Positions 10,228 to 20,501 of a stretch of 64,000 bases of DNA are shown piece after piece. This stretch comes from Nitrospinaceae bacterium. Its GTDB lineage: Bacteria > Nitrospinota > Nitrospinia > Nitrospinales > Nitrospinaceae. The stretch covers positions 3,680,001 through 3,744,000 of the forward strand of contig OZ245011.1 of the NCBI GenBank assembly GCA_965223665.1, read 5' to 3'. Under the pieces are notes generated by a model. It saw nothing but the letters and a program-made list of their open reading frames with translations, searched no databases and was not told where the DNA came from. A program made the position numbers and the translations under genes. Positions within the stretch are counted from its first letter, which is position 1; each line of letters begins with the position of its first letter.

Positions 10228-10245
10228 TGTCGTATTTATGCGACA
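10228..10245. promoter_or_regulatory. 18-bp palindrome TGTCGTATTTATGCGACA, candidate NarL/GacA-type operator
   Basis: TGTCG-N8-CGACA between the response regulator and the next gene; same length as the GacA box TGTAAG-N6-CTTACA. Confidence 0.4.
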
Positions 10246-10410
10246 AACTGTCATAAACGCATCTACCTAAAAAATAACAATTTGTGTGACATGCATTCGC
10301 CTCCTGAAAATCATATTATGAATTCAGATAACAAGAATATTTCTCAGTTAGAAATAATTTTTTATAAATAATAAATAAATTTTTGGATTCTTAAACCAAG
10401 GGGGATAATC

Positions 10411-11052
10411 ATGAGAATGAAAACTGTATTGACGACCTTCTTATTTTTAATAGTTTCACTGGCCAGTACGGCCGCAGCCAACTACGACATAAAATTAATT
10501 AGTTTGTCACAACCCACTGGAGCTTTAGGACAAATTGGAGGATCTGTAAAAAGTTGTTCTGAAAATTTAGATTTCAGCGGAACTCTTGTCCATATTCCAG
10601 GTATTTCTGTTTCCACTAAATTGGGGTCTAAGCCAGACTTTAAGTTACTCTCAGTTCCTGAGGGTGAATATGAACTAGTGTTCGAGCATAAAGGACAGGT
10701 GCTGACTACAATTCCTACGGTAGAGGTCCGTGAAAAGATGCTGACTTCTTTGGATAACATCACCTTGTGTCCTGATAATGACGGCGATGGTTATAATTAC
10801 ATGGCAGATATGGATGATTTTAATCCTAATGTCTATCCAGGTGCAAAGGAAGTCTGTGACCGAATCGACAATAACGGTAATGGGGAAGTGGATGAAGGAT
10901 GTTCCTATCGAAAATGTCCTAAAGGCGGTAAGTTTTGCCTGAATAACTGGAACAACAGTAATCGTATCATCCATAAAAACCCAGTTTCTTCCTTGCCGCC
11001 GGCGAAACCAGAGCAAACCTCTGATATAGTGGCACGAAACTACCTAAATTAA
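10411..11052 (+). CDS. Secreted protein with a beta-sandwich domain and a MopE-type putative metal-binding motif
   Basis: Signal peptide (..ASTAAA). DNDGDGY..DMDDFNPNVYPGAKEVCDRIDNNGNGEVDEGC matches the putative metal-binding repeat. Confidence 0.7.
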   Translation: MRMKTVLTTFLFLIVSLASTAAANYDIKLISLSQPTGALGQIGGSVKSCSENLDFSGTLVHIPGISVSTKLGSKPDFKLLSVPEGEYELVFEHKGQVLTTIPTVEVREKMLTSLDNITLCPDNDGDGYNYMADMDDFNPNVYPGAKEVCDRIDNNGNGEVDEGCSYRKCPKGGKFCLNNWNNSNRIIHKNPVSSLPPAKPEQTSDIVARNYLN

Positions 11053-11072
11053 ACTTCCTTTTACCCCCGCTT

Positions 11073-11109
11073 CCTGCGGCTGGCTGAGCTGGCCGCAGGC
11101 CTCTTTTTT
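11073..11109 (+). terminator. Rho-independent terminator
   Basis: CCTGCGGC...GCCGCAGG stem followed by a T-run, just after the 11052 stop. Confidence 0.75.
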
Positions 11110-11198
11110 ACTTTAGCAAACTTCATTGCTCAAAATTTTAGCTAGTAAAAAAGTATTACGTTATAAAATCAAAAGAAAAAAGTTTTTAAAAAATTAAT

Positions 11199-12611
11199 TT
11201 AACTTTTTGGTCTTTCCAGAAGGAAGTAAAGTATATTGTCTGTAAACGAAGGGTCTTTAGTAATTCCAAGGTGGTCTGAAAAAACAAATAATACCTGGGA
11301 CCATGGTATTGGGGACATTAATCTTGACATGTGGTGAGGACCTTCTCTTTCATCCAGTAGAGCACTACTGCGCAAAACGGTACCATCTCCCGGGCCGGTT
11401 TCGTGGATATCAATTTTTCCGCCTTCGTCAAATTTAAGAGCTTTTACGGTATCTTCCGCATCCCCGGCTATAAGCATAAATTTTAATGAGTCAGGAGCTT
11501 CAACGGTAACATCCATAGACAAGGAAAATTGCTTAGCCCTGGCCAACGCCATTCGTTGAAAATTTAAAGCAATTTTGCGTCTTTCTTCAAAGGTTGGAAC
11601 ATTAGGTAAAATAGATTGTAAAACATTATCTTGTTTTGGGTTGGCTAATCCCCATTCATTTTTTTGCCAAAGGGATACATCAAAAATGTCTACGGCTTTC
11701 CCTTTTGAGTCTAATAAGGGGTTGTGGCGGGTGCGGGGAAGTAGTTGGTATAAAGAGGGCCAGGTGCCTAACACAGCGGCAGGATAGTAAGGAAAAAATT
11801 TCTCTGGTCGTCCCCCGTCAATTAATTTTTCCAGAGAATCTAATGAACCGGCATTGGGAGTTCCAATGATCACCAGGCTTTCTATATGTTGCGCTCCTGC
11901 CCAGGTAACTTTAGGAAGACTTCCGTCTTCAGGGAGGTCGGCACCCCCATACATTGCATAATAACGGGCAACCAAGCCACCCATTGAATGGGCTACAATA
12001 TCAAACTTTATCTCATCCAGTTGAACTCCGAAACGTTTCTCTGTTTCCTTTTTTACATAATCAGCTTTTGCTTTTATAAACTGACCTAATACTTTTGCGC
12101 TTTCGACAATATCCCGTCGCCAATCGTAATCGAATTGGAAACAAGTATAGTGTTTGTCACCATATTCAACTGCTTCGGCTTCCCCCAAGCCTTCATCCCG
12201 ATAACCACCTACTCCTAAAGTTTGTAAAATATTATAGTAAGCATTAAGCCGAAGGGGGAGGCCTAGAAAGTTAAAAATGACTCGATCTAAAGCTCCATCC
12301 GATAGTACTTTGTCTTTTAAATCGCTTAATTTTTTTCCCACCGCCATGGGAAGTGCAACCAGTTTGGCTCCTTGTTCACTATTCGGGTCCACCTGGCCTA
12401 ATCCAAAAGCTCCCCAAACAATTGAGTGAGAAGATTGATCCACCAATTTCGAACCTAAAAGTCCAGGTATGACAATTATAGGGTTTCTATGCGGATCCTC
12501 ACTCTGAGCCACATCACTATATAAATGTCCCAGTTTAGGCGTATGGAAAAACATTCCACATCCTGAAAAAAATATGAGAAAAAAAATAATTTTACAACTG
12601 CGAATTTGCAT
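11199..12611 (-). CDS. Alpha/beta hydrolase lipoprotein (LCAT/lipase-acyltransferase-like)
   Basis: PIIVIPGLLGS, YDWR, nucleophile elbow VAHSMGG, GDGTV, C-terminal His; lipobox-like FSGC. ATG at 12611 preferred. Confidence 0.8.
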   Translation of the reverse strand: MQIRSCKIIFFLIFFSGCGMFFHTPKLGHLYSDVAQSEDPHRNPIIVIPGLLGSKLVDQSSHSIVWGAFGLGQVDPNSEQGAKLVALPMAVGKKLSDLKDKVLSDGALDRVIFNFLGLPLRLNAYYNILQTLGVGGYRDEGLGEAEAVEYGDKHYTCFQFDYDWRRDIVESAKVLGQFIKAKADYVKKETEKRFGVQLDEIKFDIVAHSMGGLVARYYAMYGGADLPEDGSLPKVTWAGAQHIESLVIIGTPNAGSLDSLEKLIDGGRPEKFFPYYPAAVLGTWPSLYQLLPRTRHNPLLDSKGKAVDIFDVSLWQKNEWGLANPKQDNVLQSILPNVPTFEERRKIALNFQRMALARAKQFSLSMDVTVEAPDSLKFMLIAGDAEDTVKALKFDEGGKIDIHETGPGDGTVLRSSALLDEREGPHHMSRLMSPIPWSQVLFVFSDHLGITKDPSFTDNILYFLLERPKS

Positions 12612-12760
12612 AGAAAGAAAATTCAATGTTATTAGGGTTAAATCAAAATTCAATTAACCAGATATCCTAAAATATTCCCATGATATTTCACAATGTCTCA
12701 CTGTCAATTGTTTAATTTTTTGGATGGAATGGGAAGGAAATTTCAATAGATCAAAATGTG

Positions 12761-12787
12761 AAAAGGCCGCACCGGACGTGCGGCCTT
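12761..12787 (-). terminator. Rho-independent terminator after the MCP gene
   Basis: AAGGCCGCAC-CGGAC-GTGCGGCCTT perfect 10-bp stem flanked by an A-run. Confidence 0.8.
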
Positions 12788-12831
12788 AATTTTACTTTTT
12801 AGGAAAGAAACAATTTACAAAATATCTACCC

Positions 12832-14964
12832 TTAATTCTCAATTTTAAATTGCCCAACAATATTTTGCAGGTCAGTGGCCATTCTTGAAAGCTCTGTGGC
12901 TGCTTTTTGAGAATCAGTGGCTCCTTCCGAAGTGCTTTTGGCAGCGTCCGCCACTCCGGATATGTTTTGGGTAATTTCTTGAGTCCCCTTGGCTGCTTCA
13001 TTGACACTTCGTCCAATCTCAGCCGTGGTCGCAGTTTGTTCTTCCACCGCACTGGCAATGGTTTGTGAAATATCGCTGATTTGGTTAATGATTTCTGTGA
13101 TTTCACCAATGGCGTCCACAGAGTTTTTTGTATCCGCCTGAATTGCTTCTATTTTTTGACTGATGTCTTCAGTTGCTTTTGCGGTCTGATTGGCAAGCTC
13201 TTTAACTTCATTAGCAACCACCGCAAAGCCTTTCCCAGCTTCACCCGCTCGAGCCGCTTCAATAGTGGCGTTTAGAGCCAGGAGGTTGGTTTGCTCTGCA
13301 ATGGAGGTAATAACTTTGATTACCTGGCCGATTTCTGCAGAACTTTCTCCCAACTTAGTTACGGTAGAGTTTGTATTCTTTGCAACTTCAACAGCCGATG
13401 TGGCAATTTTAGCTGCTTCGTTAGAGTTTTGAGCAATTTCACGGATGCTGGCTTCCATTTCTTCCGCACCTGTAGCAACAGATTCAACATTTTTACTGAC
13501 TTGTTCCGATGCCGCAGCAACCACGCCCACTTGTGCGGCTGTTTCTTCAGCATTTCCAGCCAGCTGTTGGTTAATAGATGTCATCTCTTCAACGGAAGAG
13601 GCAAGGGTACCTGCATTACTACCAATGAGATTTATATTTTGCTGTAAATTTGAAATCAGTGTTGATAAGCTTTCACCAATTTTTCCAAGATCGTCGGAAC
13701 CTTTTACCTCAAGTTTATAAGTTAAGTCACCTTCCGCCGTTTTACTAGCTGCTTCCATTATCTTTGCTACTTTAAAAACTTTGTCAGTGATATCAGTAGC
13801 ATATTTGACAACTTTGAATGGTTTACCGTTCATGTCCATAATGGGGTTATAGGTCGCTTGTATCCAAATTTCTTTTCCATTTTTGCCTATCCGTTTATAT
13901 TCACCACCGTCGAACTCACCTCGGTTTAATTTTTCCCAAAAAGCTTTATATTCTGAACTGTTTGCATAAGAGCTTTCACAAAAAATGCGGTGATGTTGGC
14001 CTTGAATTTCATTAAGGGTATAGCCGACGGTATTTAAAAAATTGTCATTTGCTTTTATTATAGTTCCATCCATATTAAAGGAAATGACTGCTTGGGATTT
14101 TCCAATGGAATCGATTTGGCCTTGAAAATCAGCATTTTGAAGTTTTTGAGCGGTTATGTCAGTGGCAAATTTTACCACCTTAAATGGCTTGCCGTTCATA
14201 TCCATAATGGGGTTATAGGTCGCTTGTATCCAAATTTCTTTTCCATTTTTGCCTATCCGTTTATATTCACCACTATCAAACTCACCTCGGTTCAATTTTT
14301 CCCAAAAAGCTTTATAATTTGAACTGTTTACATAAGAGCTTTCACAAAACATGCGGTGATGTTGGCCTCTAATTTCATCAATGGAATAACCAACGGCATT
14401 GAGGAAATTGTCATTGGCCCTTATGATGGTTCCATCCATGTTAAAGGAAATGACCGCCTGGGATTTTCTAATTGCACTGTTTTCACCTTCTGATTCCAAA
14501 TTTTTTAATTTTTGTTGGGTAATATCCTGAGCAATTTTTATTATTTTGGTCACCTTTCCGGAAGAATTGGTAACCGGCATGTAAGAGGCGCTCAACCAAA
14601 TAGGATCTCCCCCTTTTTTGAAACGTTTGAATTCTCTGGTTTGGGAATGCCCTCTACCCAATTCAGACCAGAAATTTTGGTAATCCTGGCTCCGGGCCAT
14701 TTCAGGGTCTACAAACATTCTATGATGACGACCTTTAATTTCGTTTGAACTATATCCCATTCCTTCACAAAAATGTTCGTTGGCAGTGAGGATGTTTCCT
14801 TGAGGATCAAATTCAATAACGGCTAAGGCATTATGAATGGCCTTCAACTGACTATTGGCATCTGAACTGTTTCTATTCTCGTTCTTAAAAATGCTGAATA
14901 ACTTATTTCCGGTGGAAGAGGTTTCTTCTGAAGTGTAAGTAGAAAATTCCATATTTTTCCTCAT
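12832..14964 (-). CDS. Soluble methyl-accepting chemotaxis protein with 3 PAS domains + HAMP (BdlA-like)
   Basis: Three PAS/PAC units ([14 protein letters not shown] x2), [37 protein letters not shown] signalling core, no TM segment. Confidence 0.95.
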   Translation of the reverse strand: MRKNMEFSTYTSEETSSTGNKLFSIFKNENRNSSDANSQLKAIHNALAVIEFDPQGNILTANEHFCEGMGYSSNEIKGRHHRMFVDPEMARSQDYQNFWSELGRGHSQTREFKRFKKGGDPIWLSASYMPVTNSSGKVTKIIKIAQDITQQKLKNLESEGENSAIRKSQAVISFNMDGTIIRANDNFLNAVGYSIDEIRGQHHRMFCESSYVNSSNYKAFWEKLNRGEFDSGEYKRIGKNGKEIWIQATYNPIMDMNGKPFKVVKFATDITAQKLQNADFQGQIDSIGKSQAVISFNMDGTIIKANDNFLNTVGYTLNEIQGQHHRIFCESSYANSSEYKAFWEKLNRGEFDGGEYKRIGKNGKEIWIQATYNPIMDMNGKPFKVVKYATDITDKVFKVAKIMEAASKTAEGDLTYKLEVKGSDDLGKIGESLSTLISNLQQNINLIGSNAGTLASSVEEMTSINQQLAGNAEETAAQVGVVAAASEQVSKNVESVATGAEEMEASIREIAQNSNEAAKIATSAVEVAKNTNSTVTKLGESSAEIGQVIKVITSIAEQTNLLALNATIEAARAGEAGKGFAVVANEVKELANQTAKATEDISQKIEAIQADTKNSVDAIGEITEIINQISDISQTIASAVEEQTATTAEIGRSVNEAAKGTQEITQNISGVADAAKSTSEGATDSQKAATELSRMATDLQNIVGQFKIEN
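13786..14466 (-). repeat. Internal tandem duplication of a PAS unit (366-nt period)
   Basis: Copies about 14152-14466 and 13786-14100; 14201-14273 is identical to 13835-13907 over 73 nt. Confidence 0.9.
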
Positions 14965-15840
14965 GTAAAAAGGTATTGGATAAAAATAATATATTGAAAA
15001 TATTTATAGTTTTAAAAAAGCAACATAAACTAGGACAAAATTTGTTATTAACAAAAGCCCCAAAATGGGGCATGTAATATTTTTTAGGTCGATATCAAAA
15101 GCCTATAATTTTTTGATTCGAATCCCGGAAGGCCACATGAGATAAGCCTCGAAATTAGAGCACATATGATTACATTTATTTTATTTGTTAATTTAATAGT
15201 GAGGCTTTTTGTTTCCAATTTCAAGAGAAAAGAATACCCTTTTTATGGGAGCTTTATTTGGCAAAGTTACCCTAAAATGGTATATAGTTGGGAATATTTC
15301 CTCATTCCAAATTATGAAGATAACTTATCTGATATTTTTTAAGATAAAATTAATAAATCAAAAGTTGATTGCGCCCTTTAGAAGACCTTATTTTTAATTA
15401 GAAAAGAGATCTATTCTTAAATTTGGCCTATAGTGTCATGGTTGTATTATTTGAAAATACTTGTATTTTTAAATTCAGTTGCTTCTTTACATCCTGCTTA
15501 TTCAATTTTTAAATATCATCTGCTTCCAAGCCTTTCTTAAATTTGAAATAGAATGGGGTTTAATTAAAAGTTATTCCGAATTCAAAATAATCGGAAATCC
15601 TAACTCATCGATCCCTGGTTTTTTATTAAAAAAATTTTGATTAAGCAAAAATATGACCCAAATCTACATGGTTAGATGCTTTTGGAGATTTAATTTTAAA
15701 AAGATATTCATTCTAAGAATTTGTTTTTAACAATTAAGCCGAATATGGGTTTTATTTAAACAGCCCAATTTATCAAACCATCTCTACACGAACCTTTAAA
15801 TCTAGAATCCTTTTTCTAATTCATTCTTTTTAAGAAAGTG

Positions 15841-16578
15841 TTAAACCAGAGTCAGTTCCATTTGCGAACCCATTTTAAAGCTTGCCCTGGCAGCCATGGC
15901 GTAGTAGGTCATCCCATTGATCACAGCACGTTTTACACGTTCCTGTTCCACGGGATCCACTGCAAATTCTTTTATAATTTCCAAAGCCTCTTCTGGGTGA
16001 TGGTCGTCATAACGGGCATGGGCTTTTAACCATATGACTGATTTTGGATTTATATCAACACCTTCTTCATTTTCATAACTCGATATGTTTTCATAGACAC
16101 TTTTTGACCATTTACCGGTAGGTCCCTCAATTGCAAAATTTAATCCTGCGATGGCCTCCGGGATAGTCCCATAGGTGCAAATTTTCCAAAGGAAGTTGTT
16201 TACGGCATCGACTTCTGGGCGAGGAAAGACTTCTTTGTCCGTGGCTGCTTTGGGAACTCCAAATCCCCAAATCCAGTTTCGATACCAATCTGCATGTTTT
16301 CGTTCTATATTGAGATTTTCAATTAACCAATATCGTGCCATATTACATTTTTTATTATTTTCCATTGGAATTCTTGAAAGTATTAATGCCATGTATTTAG
16401 GAAAGTTTTCGACTAATGGATAAAAATCAAGCATTACTTGCCGAAAAGTATCAATAGCCAACTCCCCTTTGCACATTTTTCCAAAACAATCGCCCTCCAA
16501 GATTTCTTTTTCGTATGGAAGAATTTCATTTAGAAAGTCATTAACCCAAGTTGGATGTTCTGTTAATTCAATTTTCAT
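15841..16578 (-). CDS. Heme-oxygenase-like diiron oxidase, UndA-like fatty-acid decarboxylase (TenA/PqqC fold)
   Basis: MARYWLIENLNIERKHAD, NFAIEGPTGKWS and WLKAHARYDDHHPEEALEII parallel the UndA motifs; ligand set E92/H95/E151/H187/D191/H194. Confidence 0.8.
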   Translation of the reverse strand: MKIELTEHPTWVNDFLNEILPYEKEILEGDCFGKMCKGELAIDTFRQVMLDFYPLVENFPKYMALILSRIPMENNKKCNMARYWLIENLNIERKHADWYRNWIWGFGVPKAATDKEVFPRPEVDAVNNFLWKICTYGTIPEAIAGLNFAIEGPTGKWSKSVYENISSYENEEGVDINPKSVIWLKAHARYDDHHPEEALEIIKEFAVDPVEQERVKRAVINGMTYYAMAARASFKMGSQMELTLV

Positions 16579-16960
16579 TTTTCACCCCTCTGATAGAAAA
16601 TTTACAATAAAAGTTTTTAAAAAGTAACATTCCTAATCAAAGAGTAATATCGTGCTAACAATAATATTTTTGTCGTTCAGCAGAGTATTTCCTGTCCTAT
16701 TTTGTTTTACAGAATTAAAAAGTGGATAGACGCAGTTTCAATCTAATAATTCTACCTTTTTTAGCATTGGGATATTTCGTACGCTGTTGTCATACAAACT
16801 ACTACACAAAAACTATTTAATATCGATATAAAAAGCATGTTTACAACGATATGTGCGGCCAATTGACTTGGGTACAATTTTTTCATGCTTTAGGTTTTAC
16901 ATTGGTATCAAGAGGGAAGGGGAACATTAGTTGCTAAATGAATATTGGGAGGATTAAAAA

Positions 16961-17356
16961 ATGAGTGAAGGAAAAATAATGATAATCGACGATGAGAGAG
17001 ATGTTCGTGAGATTGTTAAATTTTATTTAGGATCAGAAGACTATCAAATTTTAGAAGCGACAAATGGAGAAGAAGCTATTCGATGTTTGCACACTGGAAA
17101 TAATTTATTTTATGTCGGCGTTATCTTTTGCGATATCGAAATGCCCCGGGTCAATGGAATTGAGTTTATTGAATACTTAATGTATGAAGCGCCAGGTATA
17201 CCCGTTGTGGTAATTACAGAAAATCCAAATCCTGAAATGGCTGTCAAATTAATGCAAATGGGGGTTAGAGATTATTTGATTAAACCAATTAATAAGGACG
17301 ACCTACTAGATGTAATCAACCAGCAGTTTGCAGTAGGAAAAGATTTTTCTTATTAA
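16961..17356 (+). CDS. Single-domain response regulator (CheY-like receiver)
   Basis: IIDDE, CDIEMP, VIT, YLIKPI; GGAGG RBS. Confidence 0.92.
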   Translation: MSEGKIMIIDDERDVREIVKFYLGSEDYQILEATNGEEAIRCLHTGNNLFYVGVIFCDIEMPRVNGIEFIEYLMYEAPGIPVVVITENPNPEMAVKLMQMGVRDYLIKPINKDDLLDVINQQFAVGKDFSY

Positions 17357-17519
17357 ACATTTTGATTCTAATTTTGAATTATTTGTATTGAAACCATCAA
17401 TAAAGAAAAAAGAAAACTTTTATAGAAGCTAGGAATTTTAATGCTAAAAGAGTTGAAGTCAATTTTGGAACGATTTTTCCAATTTATGGCGTAGATTCCT
17501 TTGCCGAAGTAATCCGCTT

Positions 17520-18037
17520 TATTGCTAAAGATACTAACCATAATTATTTTGCTTTGATGGAATTACTCTTTTTCCTATTAATTTAAATCAAAAAACGGAT
17601 TCTTACACTGTTGCCATTTTGCATGCCGGAATTAAAAATATTTATAACAATTTATCTGTAAGTTTGATGGGGAATATTCAAATTCGGGAAATATGAATAA
17701 TCGAGATTTTGAGTAAAATTGCAAAAAAAAACACCGTATGAATTTTTTTATTAAGCCTTCGATTACCCATTAGGAGTTGTCTGATCACCATACTCTTTTT
17801 ATATGTAAAACTAAGATAAATTTGCACAATATTCTAGGAGAAGTTAAAAACCAACCAAAACTATTTATTGGTGATATTCCAAATTATGAAGAAAAGAGAG
17901 TGGCGATAAACTTTTTTAATCGAAAAATCAGAATCCGATTTGAGATTAGTCAAGAAGAGGTGAAATGTGTTTATTTGCAGATTAGTTTAGAACTTTTAAT
18001 TTTAGCTACTATTGTCGAAAAAGAGCGTTTGAAATGA
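17520..18037 (+). pseudogene. yfiR: Decayed YfiR-family (DUF4154) periplasmic regulator
   Basis: Residual ORF 17777-18037 reads HTLFI...LFIGDIPNY...AINFF...IRFEISQEE...LQISLELLILATIV, the YfiR C-terminal pattern. Upstream pieces (EILSKIAKKNTV; signal-like LLKILTIIILL) are broken by stops and frameshifts. The stop overlaps the kinase ATG. Confidence 0.65.
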
Positions 18038-19857
18038 ACTTTTTAAAATCTTTGTCCATTAAAGGCAAGCTGGTAATGATTGTGCTTACCATTACCATAT
18101 TTAGCCTCTTGGCTTCGACAGGTATATTTGTGTTTAATGACCTAAAAATTTTTAAAAGAGACATGTTGCGAAATTTAACGGTTTTAGCCAATGCGATTGG
18201 GATCAATAGTAGAACTTCCATAATATTTTTAGATAGTGAATCTGCCGAGAATATTCTTTCAACTTTAAAAGAAGAAGAGCATATTAAATATGCTGGACTT
18301 TATGATTCCGATAAAAATTTATTTGCAATGTATAAAAGAAGTCCAAACGAAAACTATACTTCCCCCACAAGCTTTAATGCAGGCCATCATTTTTATGAAG
18401 AACATATAGAAATTCTTCTTCCGATTTTTTTGAAAGATGAGGTAGTTGGAAAGATTTTTTTAAACGCAGATATGAAAGAATTTCAATCAAGAACTCAGGT
18501 TTACTTATCGGTTGTAGGATTGATCCTTATTTTTATCCCTATAGTTGCTTATAGTTTAACAATGAATTTGCAAAAATTTATTTCTAAACCTATATTAGCC
18601 TTAGCTGAAACCGCGAAATCTATTTCCCAAAATCCAGATTATTCTATTCGGGTTCAGTACGACAATTCTGATGAATTGGGCATCCTTTATTCAGGCTTTA
18701 ATGAAATGCTTTCTCAAATTGAAAGAAGAGAAGAAGAAATAGTTCTGAAGCGAAAATTTTTAGAAGGAAAAATCATTGAAGGTAACCTTACAATTGAAGA
18801 ATTGCGTAAAAAGGAAGAATCAACTCGCACAATTTTAGATAATGCTTTTGATGCAATTATTACTATGGATGCTAGTGGACTCATTTTGAGTTGGAATCAG
18901 CGAGCAACTTCCGTGTTTGGATTACATGCGAATGAAGCGATTGGAAAAAAACTAGTTGATCTCATAATTCCTTCTGAATACCGAGAATCACATAATAGAG
19001 GTTTAGCAAGATTTCTTGAAACGGGAAAGCACGAAATTTTAAATCAACAGATTGAAGTTTCAGCATTGCATGCCAACGGACATTTATTCCCGATCGAAAT
19101 CGCTGTTTCCGCAATTGAAAGAGATGGGTCTTACATTTTTACGGGTATTTTGCGTGATATTTCAAAACGAAAACATTCAGCCAAAGAATTGATTGAATCT
19201 CGAGAACGTTTGCGAAACTTGAGTAATCGTTTACAATCTGCACGAGAAGAAGAAAAAGAAAAAATTGCCCGAGAAATTCATGATGAACTTGGGCAATCTT
19301 TATCAGCTTTAAAATTTGAGCTTGGTTGGATTGAGAATAATATTTCCTCCGAGGAAACCGAAATTTTTAAAAGGGTACATACAATGTCTGCGTTAATTGA
19401 AAATGCGGTTCAAAATGTGCAAAGAATAGCAAGTGAGTTGCGTCCTCGAATTTTGGATATTCTCGGACTTTGTGAGGGATTAAAGTGGCAGGCAAAAGAA
19501 TTCCAAAAACGTACTGGAATTCAATGTAAATTGACAATAGAACCGAATAATATTGATGTGGACCCTGATCGTTCTATAACATTGTTTCGGATTTATCAGG
19601 AAACCTTGACCAATGTGGCTCGTCATTCCCAGGCTAAAAGAGTAGAAACTTCATTTAAAAGGAGGGACAAATTTCTGGAATTGGAAATTGAAGATGATGG
19701 GCAAGGAATGGATCCAGATCAAGCCGAAAACCCAAATTCTTTTGGATTAATCGGAATTAAAGAACGTACTTTGGTGTGGGGTGGTGAAGCCCGCATTCAT
19801 AGCAAAAAAGGAGAAGGGACAAAAATTATTGTGAGTTTGCCCTTAACAGAATCATGA
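18034..19857 (+). CDS. Sensor histidine kinase (CHASE8/YfiN-like periplasmic domain, HAMP, PAS, HisKA_3)
   Basis: LSIKGKLVMI..FLDSESAENILSTL, HAMP DELGILYSGFNEML, PAS ILDNAFDAIITMD, IAREIHDELGQ, QETLTNVARHS. Confidence 0.92.
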   Translation: MNFLKSLSIKGKLVMIVLTITIFSLLASTGIFVFNDLKIFKRDMLRNLTVLANAIGINSRTSIIFLDSESAENILSTLKEEEHIKYAGLYDSDKNLFAMYKRSPNENYTSPTSFNAGHHFYEEHIEILLPIFLKDEVVGKIFLNADMKEFQSRTQVYLSVVGLILIFIPIVAYSLTMNLQKFISKPILALAETAKSISQNPDYSIRVQYDNSDELGILYSGFNEMLSQIERREEEIVLKRKFLEGKIIEGNLTIEELRKKEESTRTILDNAFDAIITMDASGLILSWNQRATSVFGLHANEAIGKKLVDLIIPSEYRESHNRGLARFLETGKHEILNQQIEVSALHANGHLFPIEIAVSAIERDGSYIFTGILRDISKRKHSAKELIESRERLRNLSNRLQSAREEEKEKIAREIHDELGQSLSALKFELGWIENNISSEETEIFKRVHTMSALIENAVQNVQRIASELRPRILDILGLCEGLKWQAKEFQKRTGIQCKLTIEPNNIDVDPDRSITLFRIYQETLTNVARHSQAKRVETSFKRRDKFLELEIEDDGQGMDPDQAENPNSFGLIGIKERTLVWGGEARIHSKKGEGTKIIVSLPLTES

Positions 19858-20501
19858 ATAATTTAAATGGGAAAATAAAAGTTATTATTGCAGACGATCA
19901 TGCTTTCATTCGACAGGGGGTAAAACAAATCATTTCTGAAATACCCGACATGATAGTGATTGGAGAGGCAAAGAATGGAAACCAACTTTTGGAGATGATT
20001 CGTGCTCAGGAAATGGATGTTGTTGTCATGGATGTTGATATGCCGGAAAAAAGTGGTTGGGATGTTATTGTTCAGTTAAAAGCTGAATTTCCTAATCTTC
20101 CAGTTATTATACTAAGTGTTTTTCCTGAAGAGGATTACGCAGTTAAATTTTTTAAAGCTGGTGCCTCCGGATATATAAATAAAACTGCAGTTCCTGAGTT
20201 ACTGGTGGAAGCCATCAGAAAGGTTGCTAAGGGTGGTCGGTTTGTAACTGCAAGTTTAGCAGAAAAATTAGCGTTTGAATTGGATCAGGATTCAGAAAAA
20301 CTTCCCCATGAAACTCTTTCACCTCGTGAATTCCAGGTTTTTTGTATGATTGCCTCTGGAAAAACGGTAAAGGAAATTTCTGAAGAGCTTGCTCTAAGTG
20401 TACCTACCATTAGCACTTATAGGGCGCGAATTCTAGAAAAAATGGACTTAAAAAGTAATGCTAAGTTAACTCAATATGCCTATAAAAATAAACTTTTGTA
20501 A
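19854..20501 (+). CDS. NarL/UvrY-family response regulator
   Basis: IADDH, MDVDMP, LSPREFQVFC...TISTYRARILEK; ATGA overlap with the kinase. Confidence 0.95.
   Translation: MNNLNGKIKVIIADDHAFIRQGVKQIISEIPDMIVIGEAKNGNQLLEMIRAQEMDVVVMDVDMPEKSGWDVIVQLKAEFPNLPVIILSVFPEEDYAVKFFKAGASGYINKTAVPELLVEAIRKVAKGGRFVTASLAEKLAFELDQDSEKLPHETLSPREFQVFCMIASGKTVKEISEELALSVPTISTYRARILEKMDLKSNAKLTQYAYKNKLL

Noticed and set aside
12792-14748. Many overlapping ORFs inside the MCP gene
   Set aside because: Antisense or frame shadows of a strongly supported gene, with no motifs of their own.
15209-15397. 62-aa ORF in the MCP-UndA gap
   Set aside because: No RBS or motif; composition typical of AT-rich intergenic DNA.
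16644-16660. Sigma-54-like site (TTAGCACGATATTACT, minus strand) before the UndA-like gene
   Set aside because: Both invariant GG and GC dinucleotides are altered and the spacing is off.
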